Below are positions 1-7,760 of a stretch of DNA of 13,764 bases, one piece after another. Every line of letters begins with the position of its first letter. Position 1 is the first letter of the stretch. The translations under genes were made by a program, and so were the position numbers. This DNA is from an uncultured Pseudomonadota bacterium (GTDB lineage: Bacteria > SAR324 > NAC60-12), in contig CAJWCD010000102.1 in the NCBI GenBank assembly GCA_913020725.1, forward strand, positions 1-13,764, in the 5' to 3' direction. The notes beneath the pieces are model-generated. The model made no database searches. It was not told the DNA's origin and saw only the letters and a list, made by a program, of their open reading frames with translations.

Positions 1-2
1 AT

Positions 3-148
3 CTTCATTCTGGCTCGTTGAAGCCGAAACTTCGAGGAGGAACCATTCCATTGAGTCCATCAATATTTACAGAAGAAGATTTCACAATGCAAGACTGCAA
101 AGACGCTATCCAACTGAATTTATTCGATAATTTAACCGGACACTAGTG
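3..148 (+). mobile_element. Probable right end of an IS4-family insertion sequence (transposase C-terminal tail plus terminal inverted repeat), partial or remnant
   Basis: Frame +3 is open from 3 to TAG at 144-146 and ends ...FTEEDFTMQDCKDAIQLNLFDNLTGH*. The stop lies inside TTTAACCGGACACTAGTG (131-148). From recall, this resembles the C-terminus and right IR of DUF4372-type IS4 transposases. The left IR and DDE core are not in the window. Confidence 0.55.
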
Positions 149-219
149 ATAATCAATGATTTTTTTATCCTGAGATGATTTGAGTTCATTTTCCCCAACT
201 CTCTCGTCAAGGAGACCCC

Positions 220-282
220 ATGAGCGCAACCGTTCAAGCGTTGAAGACCAACAACCCTCTCGGTGTGTCCGGGGCAAAGTAG
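220..282 (+). pseudogene. 20-codon gene stub MSATVQALKTNNPLGVSGAK*, possibly the N-terminus of a 4-hydroxyphenylpyruvate dioxygenase-like gene
   Basis: Good RBS AAGGAG (209-214) upstream of ATG 220. NPLGVSG recalls the NP(M/L)GxxGFEF start of HppD. The ORF stops at TAG 280-282. Confidence 0.3.
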
Positions 283-320
283 AGCAGAGTCCCGAAATTC
301 AGAAGATTTTTGAGCATTTT

Positions 321-347
321 CTGGATTCCCACCTGTGCGGGAATGAC
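321..347. repeat. Single REP-like palindromic element CTGGATTCCC-ACCTGTGC-GGGAATGAC (ATTCCC-N8-GGGAAT core)
   Basis: ATTCCC 325-330 and GGGAAT 339-344 are a perfect inverted pair with an 8-nt spacer. It matches the widespread GTCATTCCCGCGNAGGCGGGAATCCAG repeat family and the Neisseria dRS3 core. Confidence 0.75.
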
Positions 348-415
348 AACGGAGACGAAGCGTTCGTTTAGTCTTGCGCCACCATTTTATTGAAAAAATC
401 CTTCCGAAGGAGTTT

Positions 416-889
416 ATGAAAACAGCCAATTTCACAAGAATGGAGGACGGCACGAAAGAAGAATATGCTTTCTTGGAACCGCTTTATGCTCAATGCCGCA
501 ACGCTGTTCCGGATATGCTTATGGGATTGCTCAAGAAAATGCAAGGAGATCGGCTGGGTTATCAGATCGACCGCTATGAACATTCACTGCAAGCGGCCAC
601 ACGGGCCGAACGGGACGGAGCCGATGAAGAAACTGTTGTCTGCGCTTTGTTGCATGACATCGGCGATGTTTTGGCTCCGGACAATCACAGCCAAGTCGCC
701 ACCGCCATTCTGCGTCCTTACATCAGTGAGCGTAATTTTTGGATAGTCAAACATCATGGTTTGTTTCAGGGATACTAGCACTTTCATCACATGAACAAAG
801 ACCGTAACATCCGGGATAGTTTCAAGGATCATCCGCACTATCAGGCGTGTGTTGATTTTTGTTCCCAATGGGACCAATACTCTTTCGAT
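416..889 (+). pseudogene. HD-domain metalloprotein (PhnZ/TmpB-like subgroup), disrupted by an in-frame TAG and missing its native C-terminus
   Basis: RBS AAGGAG 407-412 and ATG 416. Motifs EHSLQAATRA, ALLHDIGD, NH and HH. TAG at 776-778 falls in FQGY*HFHH, and the same frame continues with family-like sequence (DRNIRDSFKDHPHYQACVDFCSQWDQYSFD) to ~889. Confidence 0.8.
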
Positions 890-1018
890 CTCGGTTTGAA
901 CATCAACCGAGTTGGTGGCCCATTGGCCGTTTGGCGCATCGCTCCACCGCTGACGATCACAAAATCAGAAGTGGATCAAGCTCTTGAGATTATGGATGAG
1001 GCATTTGCTGCAAAGTAA
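884..1018 (+). pseudogene. C-terminal ~43 codons of a class-III PLP aminotransferase (2,2-dialkylglycine decarboxylase-like)
   Basis: FDLGLNINRVGGPLAVWRIAPPLTITKSEVDQALEIMDEAFAAK* carries the (F/W)RIAPPLT(I/V)...E(I/V)D..L terminal signature of class-III aminotransferases. The rest of the gene is absent. Confidence 0.75.
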
Positions 1019-1041
1019 AGCAATGTCGGCAAGGAAGGACG

Positions 1042-1070
1042 TTGACAAGACATTTTCACTTTTCTATAAA
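1042..1070 (+). promoter_or_regulatory. Near-consensus sigma-70 promoter
   Basis: TTGACA (1042-1047), a 17-bp spacer and TATAAA (1065-1070) in an AT-rich region, pointing towards acnA. Confidence 0.55.
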
Positions 1071-1253
1071 AGAATTCACTAGTAAAAAAATGCCCCACCA
1101 CAAACAGCAGGGTATTAAACTCAAAGCTACGCAATAAAAAACCGCAAAAAATAATATAATATGACACTAAAAAATGCAGAAATAACCGCTTCTGGAAATG
1201 TACTTGCGCTTGAATAGTCGGATGGCACAAAGGCACGTTTCCATACAACTTGG

Positions 1254-1679
1254 TTGCGCTACAATTCGCTGGATACGCAAACCCGTTCTTCCGGAAACGG
1301 ACAACGCTTGATGACTTTACTGGAAATGCCGGAAGAACCGACTGTTTCAGAAGTAAAATTAACGGACAACGGAGGGTTAGATCGCGAATCCTTCCGGACG
1401 GGAACGTTCTTCACCTGCTGGGCCCAATCAGGAAAACTGCGGAGGCGGAGGCCCGTGTGGTTTTCGAGAATTTTGACGGTGGCGGAACTGGAGGGCAACG
1501 AGCGATTTCCAGCAAGCAGCCGATTAGCTGGAAGCGTTTTGTACCGATGCCCCCTTCGGCAAGAACTTGTGATTTCGGCAGTGGAGGCTATTCTGAAAGA
1601 GTTTGCCGCAACTCGAAATGAAAGATGCAGGGGGCTTCGGAGACGTTTTATTAACGATACTACTTTGAGGAAAAAATGA
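1254..1679 (+). CDS. Hypothetical protein (uncertain, possibly degenerate; the start may be ATG 1311)
   Basis: The ORF fills the gap before acnA and its stop overlaps the acnA start (ATGA 1676-1679). There is no clear family match, and competing ORFs of similar size lie in other frames. Confidence 0.3.
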   Translation: MRYNSLDTQTRSSGNGQRLMTLLEMPEEPTVSEVKLTDNGGLDRESFRTGTFFTCWAQSGKLRRRRPVWFSRILTVAELEGNERFPASSRLAGSVLYRCPLRQELVISAVEAILKEFAATRNERCRGLRRRFINDTTLRKK

Positions 1680-4357
1680 CCGAAAACACGTTTGGTTGCC
1701 GAGTCAAGTTTAACGACGGCACAGGCAGCGCACAGCTTTACAGCTTGGAGTCGCTGGAACAAAAGATGGGCGGCAACATCAGCCGACTCCCCTTTTCGAT
1801 GAAAATCCTGCTGGAGCAGGCGCTACGGAACCATGATGAATTCCAAGTGCTGGAGGAACACGTCCGGACGCTCGCCAACTGGGACGGCAGCAAATCTGAC
1901 AAGGAGATTCCGCACAAGCCGACTCGGGTTTTGTTGCAGGATTTCACGGGCGTTCCGGCAGTGGTGGACTTGGCCTCCCTGCGTTCAGCAATGGCCGAAA
2001 TGGGAGGTGATCCGGAAGTGATCAACCCAAGGGTTCCAGTGGATTTGGTCATTGATCACTCGGTGCAGGTGGACCACTCCGGAAGTGCTGATGCCCTACA
2101 GAAAAATATGGACATCGAGTTTAAACGCAACCGCGAGCGTTACGAGTTCCTCAAGTGGGGGCAAAGCGCGCTCCAGCAGTTCCGGACGTTTCCTCCAGGC
2201 GTGGGCATCGTCCATCAGGTCAATCTTGAACACATCGCCAGCGTCGTGCAGGAGCGCGACGGCGTGTGCTTTCCGGACACGGTGGTGGGCACGGACTCGC
2301 ACACCACAATGATCAACGGCCTCGGCGTGATGGGCTGGGGTGTGGGCGGCCTCGAAGCAGAATCTGTGATGCTCGGTCAACCGATCTACATGCTCATGCC
2401 CCAAGTCGTGGGCTTCCGGTTCACCGGAGAACTCCCGGCAGGCGCGACGGCGACCGACCTTGTGCTGCGCGTAGTCGAAATGCTGCGGCAGAAGGGCGTG
2501 GTGGAGAAGTTCGTCGAATTCTATGGCCCCGGACTCTCCAACCTCAAGCTCGCCGACCGAGCGACGATTGCCAACATGGGCCCTGAATATGGGGCGACGA
2601 TGGGCTTCTTTCCGGTTGATTCTGAAACGCTCAATTACCTGCGCAAAACTGGACGCTCGGAAGCGGGGGCGCAGCGTGTGGAAGCCTATTGCAAGGCGCA
2701 GGGCTTGTTCCGTACCGACGCGACGGCGGACCCGATGTTTTCGGACTCGCTCGAACTGGACCTTTCCACCGTGGAACCTGCGCTGGCGGGTCCGAAGCGT
2801 CCGCAGGATCGCGTGAACCTCTCCGCGATGCAGGAGACTTGGCAGCAAACGCTGCGGGCGTCGATCGCACAGCGGGGCTTCGAGTTGAGCGACGAAGCCA
2901 CCCAAACCACGATTCCGGTGCAAGGACTCGATGGGCATATGCTTGCACACGGAGACGTGACGATTGCGGCAATCACCTCTTGTACGAACACAAGCAACCC
3001 CTCGGTGATGATCGCCGCAGGACTGTTGGCAAAAAAGGCCAACGAGCGTGGACTGCTCCCCAAGCCGTGGGTGAAGACCTCCCTCGGCCCGGGCTCCCGT
3101 GTTGTGACTGAGTACTTCGATAAAGCGCAACTTTCGGAACACCTCGACGCACTGGGCTTCCACACAGTGGGATATGGCTGCACCACCTGCATCGGCAACT
3201 CTGGGCCACTGCCGGAGAACATCGAGCAGGCGATCAACGAGGGCGACCTCGTGGTCACATCCGTGCTGTCCGGAAACCGCAACTTCGAGGGGCGCATCAG
3301 CCCGAACATCAAGGCGAACTACCTTGCCAGCCCACCGCTCGTTGTGGCCTATGCGCTCGCGGGGACGGTTAACACCGACCTCCAGAACGACGCGCTCGGC
3401 AAGGACCGCGACGGCAACGATGTCTTACTCAAAGAGATCTGGCCCGCACATGAGGAGATTGCTGAAGTTGAGGCGTTGATCACCAGCGATCTTTATGAAA
3501 AGGGATACAGTCGTATGGATGAGATGACCCCAATGTGGAACGAGATCAAGGCCAGAACCGGGCAGGTTTACGCTTGGGATGAAGCTTCGACCTACATCCA
3601 GAACCCGCCGTTCTTCACCAAAATGAGCACCGAGGTGTCGTCCATTCAGGACATCGTGGGCGCACGGGTGCTGCTCAAGCTCGGTGATTCCGTGACGACG
3701 GATCACATCTCTCCTGCGGGTTCCTTCAAAGCCGACACTCCTGCGGGCAAGTTTCTCACGGAAAAGGGGGTGGCACCCAAGGATTTCAATTCCTTCGGCT
3801 CACGGCGGGGCAACGACCGCATCATGACGCGGGGCACGTTCGCGAACGTCCGCATCCGTAACCAGATCGCTCCCGGAACAGAAGGTGGTTTCACGACCCA
3901 TTTTCCCACGAGCGAAGTGACCTCGGTTTACGAAGCCGCCCTACGCTATCGGGAATCCGGAACGCCGCTGGTCGTCTTGGCGGGAAGCGAATACGGCACT
4001 GGTTCCTCACGGGACTGGGCCGCAAAAGGCACATTTTTGCTGGGGGTCAAGGCGGTCGTGGTGGCGAGCTTTGAGCGCATCCACCGCTCCAACCTTGTGG
4101 GCATGGGGGTACTGCCCTTGCAGTTCATGAATGGAGAAACGCACGAGTCGCTGGGGCTTTCCGGAAGCGAGACGTTTTCCGTGCTGGGACTCAACGATGG
4201 CCTGCAACCGCAACAGCAGCTCATCCTCAAGGCGGATGACCAAGAGATTCCGGTCCTCTGCCGACTCGACAACAAGGTCGAGATCGAATACTACCGCAAT
4301 GGTGGCATCCTGCACACCGTCTTGCGCAATTTTATGCGCGAGGCCCAGGAAGGCTGA
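1676..4357 (+). CDS. acnA: Aconitate hydratase A (AcnA/IRP-type), 893 aa
   Basis: Motifs [61 protein letters not shown] and [12 protein letters not shown] (4Fe-4S ligands), [41 protein letters not shown] upstream. Confidence 0.98.
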   Translation: MTENTFGCRVKFNDGTGSAQLYSLESLEQKMGGNISRLPFSMKILLEQALRNHDEFQVLEEHVRTLANWDGSKSDKEIPHKPTRVLLQDFTGVPAVVDLASLRSAMAEMGGDPEVINPRVPVDLVIDHSVQVDHSGSADALQKNMDIEFKRNRERYEFLKWGQSALQQFRTFPPGVGIVHQVNLEHIASVVQERDGVCFPDTVVGTDSHTTMINGLGVMGWGVGGLEAESVMLGQPIYMLMPQVVGFRFTGELPAGATATDLVLRVVEMLRQKGVVEKFVEFYGPGLSNLKLADRATIANMGPEYGATMGFFPVDSETLNYLRKTGRSEAGAQRVEAYCKAQGLFRTDATADPMFSDSLELDLSTVEPALAGPKRPQDRVNLSAMQETWQQTLRASIAQRGFELSDEATQTTIPVQGLDGHMLAHGDVTIAAITSCTNTSNPSVMIAAGLLAKKANERGLLPKPWVKTSLGPGSRVVTEYFDKAQLSEHLDALGFHTVGYGCTTCIGNSGPLPENIEQAINEGDLVVTSVLSGNRNFEGRISPNIKANYLASPPLVVAYALAGTVNTDLQNDALGKDRDGNDVLLKEIWPAHEEIAEVEALITSDLYEKGYSRMDEMTPMWNEIKARTGQVYAWDEASTYIQNPPFFTKMSTEVSSIQDIVGARVLLKLGDSVTTDHISPAGSFKADTPAGKFLTEKGVAPKDFNSFGSRRGNDRIMTRGTFANVRIRNQIAPGTEGGFTTHFPTSEVTSVYEAALRYRESGTPLVVLAGSEYGTGSSRDWAAKGTFLLGVKAVVVASFERIHRSNLVGMGVLPLQFMNGETHESLGLSGSETFSVLGLNDGLQPQQQLILKADDQEIPVLCRLDNKVEIEYYRNGGILHTVLRNFMREAQEG

Positions 4358-4361
4358 CCTC

Positions 4362-4391
4362 CCCGGAGGGTGGCTCAGCCCTCCGGGTTCT
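4362..4391 (+). terminator. GC-rich hairpin immediately after the acnA stop (weak terminator or mRNA-stabilising stem)
   Basis: CCCGGAGGG (4362-4370) pairs with CCCTCCGGG (4379-4387). Only a weak TTCT tail follows. Confidence 0.5.
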
Positions 4392-4438
4392 CCCGCATCC
4401 GGGATTCACCAACTCAACTGGAGTGAGGAAACGCACCC

Positions 4439-4990
4439 ATGAGCCATGTCCTTTTGCTGAACCAAGATCACCAGCCCCTGACCTATGCACCGCTCAGCAC
4501 CCTGACATGGCAGCAGGCGGTCAAGGCGTACTTCCTCGGCAAGGTGGTGGTTTTGCGCTCCTACCGGAACTGGCCCTGCCGTGCGCAGCACTTTGCCATG
4601 CCCATGCCCAGCGTGGTGGTGATGGCAAAGTACATCCGGCGCACCAACCGCGTGTACTTCACGCGGCGCAACATTTACCTGCGAGACCGCTTCCACTGCC
4701 AGTACTGCGGAAAGTCCTACGTCTCCGAACAGCTCACCATCGACCACGTCCTACCCAAGAGCCGGGGTGGGCACACCGCTTGGGACAACGTGGTCACCGC
4801 CTGCTACCGTTGCAACTTCAGCAAAGGTTCGAACATCGTTCACCCCACCAGCCCTCCCCATGAGCCAAGCTATTGGGAAATGGTCGGGATCGCCAAGTCT
4901 CTACCCCTGCGCATTCCGGATCCCCAGTGGCAGGACTACCTCCAGTGGCCCAACCCACTGGTTCAGGTCATTGACCTCAAGGCCGCCTGA
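4439..4990 (+). CDS. HNH endonuclease (McrA/COG1403-type, stand-alone), 183 aa
   Basis: FTRRNIYLRDRFHCQYCG...LTIDHVLPKSRGG...WDNVVTACYRCNFSKG gives two CxxC pairs plus the HNH core. N-terminal VLLLNQDHQPL is typical of this family. GAGG RBS upstream. Confidence 0.93.
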   Translation: MSHVLLLNQDHQPLTYAPLSTLTWQQAVKAYFLGKVVVLRSYRNWPCRAQHFAMPMPSVVVMAKYIRRTNRVYFTRRNIYLRDRFHCQYCGKSYVSEQLTIDHVLPKSRGGHTAWDNVVTACYRCNFSKGSNIVHPTSPPHEPSYWEMVGIAKSLPLRIPDPQWQDYLQWPNPLVQVIDLKAA

Positions 4991-5306
4991 TCGGTCCTCG
5001 GGTCTGCAGCTTTCGGTACTCCCGGACAGAGCGCAGGAGTTTGGCGTAATCAAGCGCAGGATGGGGTTTCCAAACCCCCTGCGACATCGCCTGTGCATGA
5101 CGCCGGATGGTGCTGATCCGCACTTCGGGGCCGATATTTCCAGTGTAGGGAGAAGAGGAGTCGGTGAAGGGACTCTGGCGGGCCTCGACGATTTTGCGGA
5201 GTTCGCTGTAGTCCAGTCCGTGATTGGCAAGCAGGGAGGTTGGAGCGACAGGCAGTGCTAGCAGAATCAGCAATAGCAGTTTTTTGGAAAAACGTCTCGT
5301 CGGCAC
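4977..5306 (-). CDS. Small hypothetical secreted protein (~109 aa)
   Basis: Lies within the 4977..5447 ORF. GTG at 5306 is preceded by GGAG. MPTRRFSKKLLLLILLALPVAPTSLLA forms a signal peptide (basic n-region, hydrophobic h-region, probable cleavage after SLLA). The 3' end overlaps the HNH gene by 14 bp. Confidence 0.6.
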   Translation of the reverse strand: MPTRRFSKKLLLLILLALPVAPTSLLANHGLDYSELRKIVEARQSPFTDSSSPYTGNIGPEVRISTIRRHAQAMSQGVWKPHPALDYAKLLRSVREYRKLQTRGPIRRP

Positions 5307-5436
5307 AGCACAGGCTCCAAGTGAAGAGATGGTACTCTCGCACACCTCCGGTTTGCGGGCAAGCTGAATTGGAGATTGTACTCCAAGTACAGTGTGGTAG
5401 AGTTTTTTGATAATCACCACTTTCTGAGAAAATTTC

Positions 5437-7713
5437 ATGGACAGCACGAAGACAACGGAATACCGCTACTTAGGCAAGCGTGCCCTGCCAGTGGACGAGC
5501 AGGATAAATTGCTGGGACAACTCAATTTTACGGGAGACTTGAAAATTGGAGGCATGCTCCATGTCCGGCTCATGCTCAGCCCGCATCCCCACGCTCGCAT
5601 CATCAGTGTGGACCGCACGGCAGCTCAGGCGCTTCCGGGCGTGGTCGCGGTGCTGACGGCAGAGGACCTTCCGACCCGTGACCAAGTTATCAGTTCTCGC
5701 ATGAGCGCGGTACTCGCCAAGGAGAAGGTGCTGTTTGAGGGACAACCCGTGGTTGCAGTGGTCGGTGAGACGGTCGCAGCGGCGCAGGACGGCGTGGAGG
5801 TATTGGAGGTCGCATACGAACTCCTGCCCGCAATTCCAAACCTCGATGCAGCCCTCAGTCCTGAATCTCCGATTCTCTGGCCGCACGGTTTGCCGAAAGA
5901 TGCCATTGACGTCTCAGCTGATCATGGCGGCGTGGAGCAGCAGGGCACTGCCGAATCCAGTGAACCCAGCAACATCCACACGGAAAACAAGTACGCCCGT
6001 GGGGATGTGGAGCAAGGTTTTCAGGAAGCGGATGTGGTGCTGGAACGTACTTACCGGATTCCAGCGGTGCATCAGGGCTATCTGGAACCGCAGATTGCGG
6101 TGGCTGCACCCGAAGGCAGTTCCGGACTCGTCCTCTACGTCAGCACTCAGGGACCGCGCACCATCCGCAATGAAGTCGCCCGGCTTTTGCGCCTTGCGCG
6201 CAGTCAAGTCCGGGTGGTGCCGATGCCGATGGGCGGAGGCTTTGGAGGCAAGCATGGCTTACTCGAACCGCTCGTGGCAGCCATCGCACACCTGCTACAC
6301 CGCCCGGTGCGGTTGGAACTCACACGCACCGAGGATTTTCTCACATCCATGCCTGCCCCGGAACACCGCATCGATCTCAAGATGGGGGTCAAGCAGGACG
6401 GCCAGCTTTGTGCCCTTGAAGCGAAACTTTATTTGAACAACGGAGCGTTTTCTGCCCCATGGTCCGGACTGGCCGCAACCTTGTTGGCAAGCCAATACCT
6501 CATCCCGCACATCAAAATCTCCGCCAACGATGTCTGCACCACGCAAGTCATGACAGGCCCCTACCGTGCTCCGAGCGCTCCACAAGCCGTGTTTGCGATG
6601 GAATCCCACATGGACGACCTCGCCCGCGAACTTGAAATCGATCCGCTGGAGTTCCGTTACCAGAACGCATCGGGTGGTGGCGATGCCATGATCACCGGCA
6701 ACCCGTGGCCAAGCCTGAGCTTTCGGGAGGTGCTGGATAAAATGCGCGAGCATCCTGCGTGGGCCAACCGTGAAAATCGTCTGGACGAGGGCATTGGACT
6801 GGCAGCAGGTGTGTGGGGCTGCAACACGGCTCCAGCCTCGGCGGTGGTCCGGGTGGAGAGCGACGGTTCCGTGCAAGTGCTGGTGGGTTCCGTGGATATT
6901 TCCGGCGTGAATTCCGGATTTGTCCACATTGTTGCTGAAACCCTCGGTGTGCTTCCGGAGCAAGTGACCATCACGCAGGGCGACACCACCTCCGGACCTG
7001 CTGCGCCTGTTAGCGGTGGCAGCATGGTGACATACAGCGTGGCCGGGGCGCTTGCGGATGCGGCGGGCGAAGTACGCCAGCGCGTCACCAAAATGGCAGC
7101 CGAGCACTTTGAGGCCAGCGAGCAGGACATCGAAATTGAGGAGGGCAAAGTCTTTGTCCGAGGGGTGCGCAGCAAGGCCGTCACCTTGGCAGAATTCGCG
7201 AGTCGCGCTGAATCCACACGAGGCCAAGGGGGGCCGTTGTTAGCGCATGGCAACTCGGCAGTCGAAGTCAACGCTCCTGTGGCATCCGTGCACCTGGTGC
7301 GCGTGAGGGTGGACAAGGAAACCGGAGTCGTGACGCCGCTACAGTATGTGGCGGTGCAGGATGTCGGTTTTGCCCTCAACCCTCTCATGGTCGAGGGACA
7401 GTTGCAGGGCGGTGCATTACAGGGACTTGCCATTGGTTTGCAGGAACAATTGGTCTATGACGACGATGGCCACTTGCTCACACCGTCCTTCTTGGATTAT
7501 GCCTTGCCGCGTTGTGATGAGGCGCCATCCGTCGAGCCGGTCTTGGTTGAAGTTGCTTCGCCCAAAGGACCATTTGGGATTCGTGGAGTGGGGGAACCGC
7601 CCATTGTTCCGGGACCAGCCGCACTGGCCAATGCGGTGCGAGACGCGACCGGTATCCGGGTAAAAAAACTTCCCATCCGTGCTCCTGAGTTGTGGAAAAA
7701 AATGCAGAACTGA
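5437..7713 (+). CDS. Xanthine dehydrogenase/aldehyde oxidoreductase family molybdopterin-binding (large) subunit, 758 aa
   Basis: SPHPHARI, HQGYLEPQ, MGGGFGGK, PYRAP, QGDT, SGGS, VEGQLQGGALQG, FLDYALP and GPFGIRGVGEPP (catalytic Glu) motifs. Confidence 0.95.
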   Translation: MDSTKTTEYRYLGKRALPVDEQDKLLGQLNFTGDLKIGGMLHVRLMLSPHPHARIISVDRTAAQALPGVVAVLTAEDLPTRDQVISSRMSAVLAKEKVLFEGQPVVAVVGETVAAAQDGVEVLEVAYELLPAIPNLDAALSPESPILWPHGLPKDAIDVSADHGGVEQQGTAESSEPSNIHTENKYARGDVEQGFQEADVVLERTYRIPAVHQGYLEPQIAVAAPEGSSGLVLYVSTQGPRTIRNEVARLLRLARSQVRVVPMPMGGGFGGKHGLLEPLVAAIAHLLHRPVRLELTRTEDFLTSMPAPEHRIDLKMGVKQDGQLCALEAKLYLNNGAFSAPWSGLAATLLASQYLIPHIKISANDVCTTQVMTGPYRAPSAPQAVFAMESHMDDLARELEIDPLEFRYQNASGGGDAMITGNPWPSLSFREVLDKMREHPAWANRENRLDEGIGLAAGVWGCNTAPASAVVRVESDGSVQVLVGSVDISGVNSGFVHIVAETLGVLPEQVTITQGDTTSGPAAPVSGGSMVTYSVAGALADAAGEVRQRVTKMAAEHFEASEQDIEIEEGKVFVRGVRSKAVTLAEFASRAESTRGQGGPLLAHGNSAVEVNAPVASVHLVRVRVDKETGVVTPLQYVAVQDVGFALNPLMVEGQLQGGALQGLAIGLQEQLVYDDDGHLLTPSFLDYALPRCDEAPSVEPVLVEVASPKGPFGIRGVGEPPIVPGPAALANAVRDATGIRVKKLPIRAPELWKKMQN

Positions 7714-7760
7714 AAAAAAACAAAAAAACACTTGACTGTCGGTCAGTATGAGTAGATGGT
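7714..7760 (+). promoter_or_regulatory. Candidate promoter/operator: A-tracts, a TTGACT -35-like hexamer and an overlapping TGAC-N5-GTCA palindrome
   Basis: A-tracts 7713-7730, TTGACT 7732-7737 and TGACTGTCGGTCA 7733-7745. The -10 element is not convincing. Confidence 0.35.

Noticed and set aside
776..778. Amber read-through (pyrrolysine or recoding) in the HD gene
   Set aside because: The position corresponds to Tyr, one base from TAG. The gene is also truncated downstream, and no pyl genes or other internal TAGs appear in the intact genes. A nonsense mutation or sequencing error is simpler.
976..1248. 90-aa hydrophobic minus-strand ORF
   Set aside because: The Phe/Leu richness is explained by A-tracts in an AT-rich promoter region, and it overlaps the aminotransferase remnant.
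4362..4387. Iron-responsive element in the acnA 3' UTR
   Set aside because: The hairpin has no CAGUG loop and no bulged C; it is a generic GC-rich stem.
4439..5306. HNH gene as part of an IscB/OMEGA, CRISPR or homing-intron system
   Set aside because: There are no RuvC or PLMP motifs, no repeats or spacers and no intron context. The downstream space is better explained by a small minus-strand CDS.
5437..7713. Aerobic CO dehydrogenase coxL
   Set aside because: It lacks the AYxCSFR or AYxGAGR loop, and no coxMS genes are adjacent.
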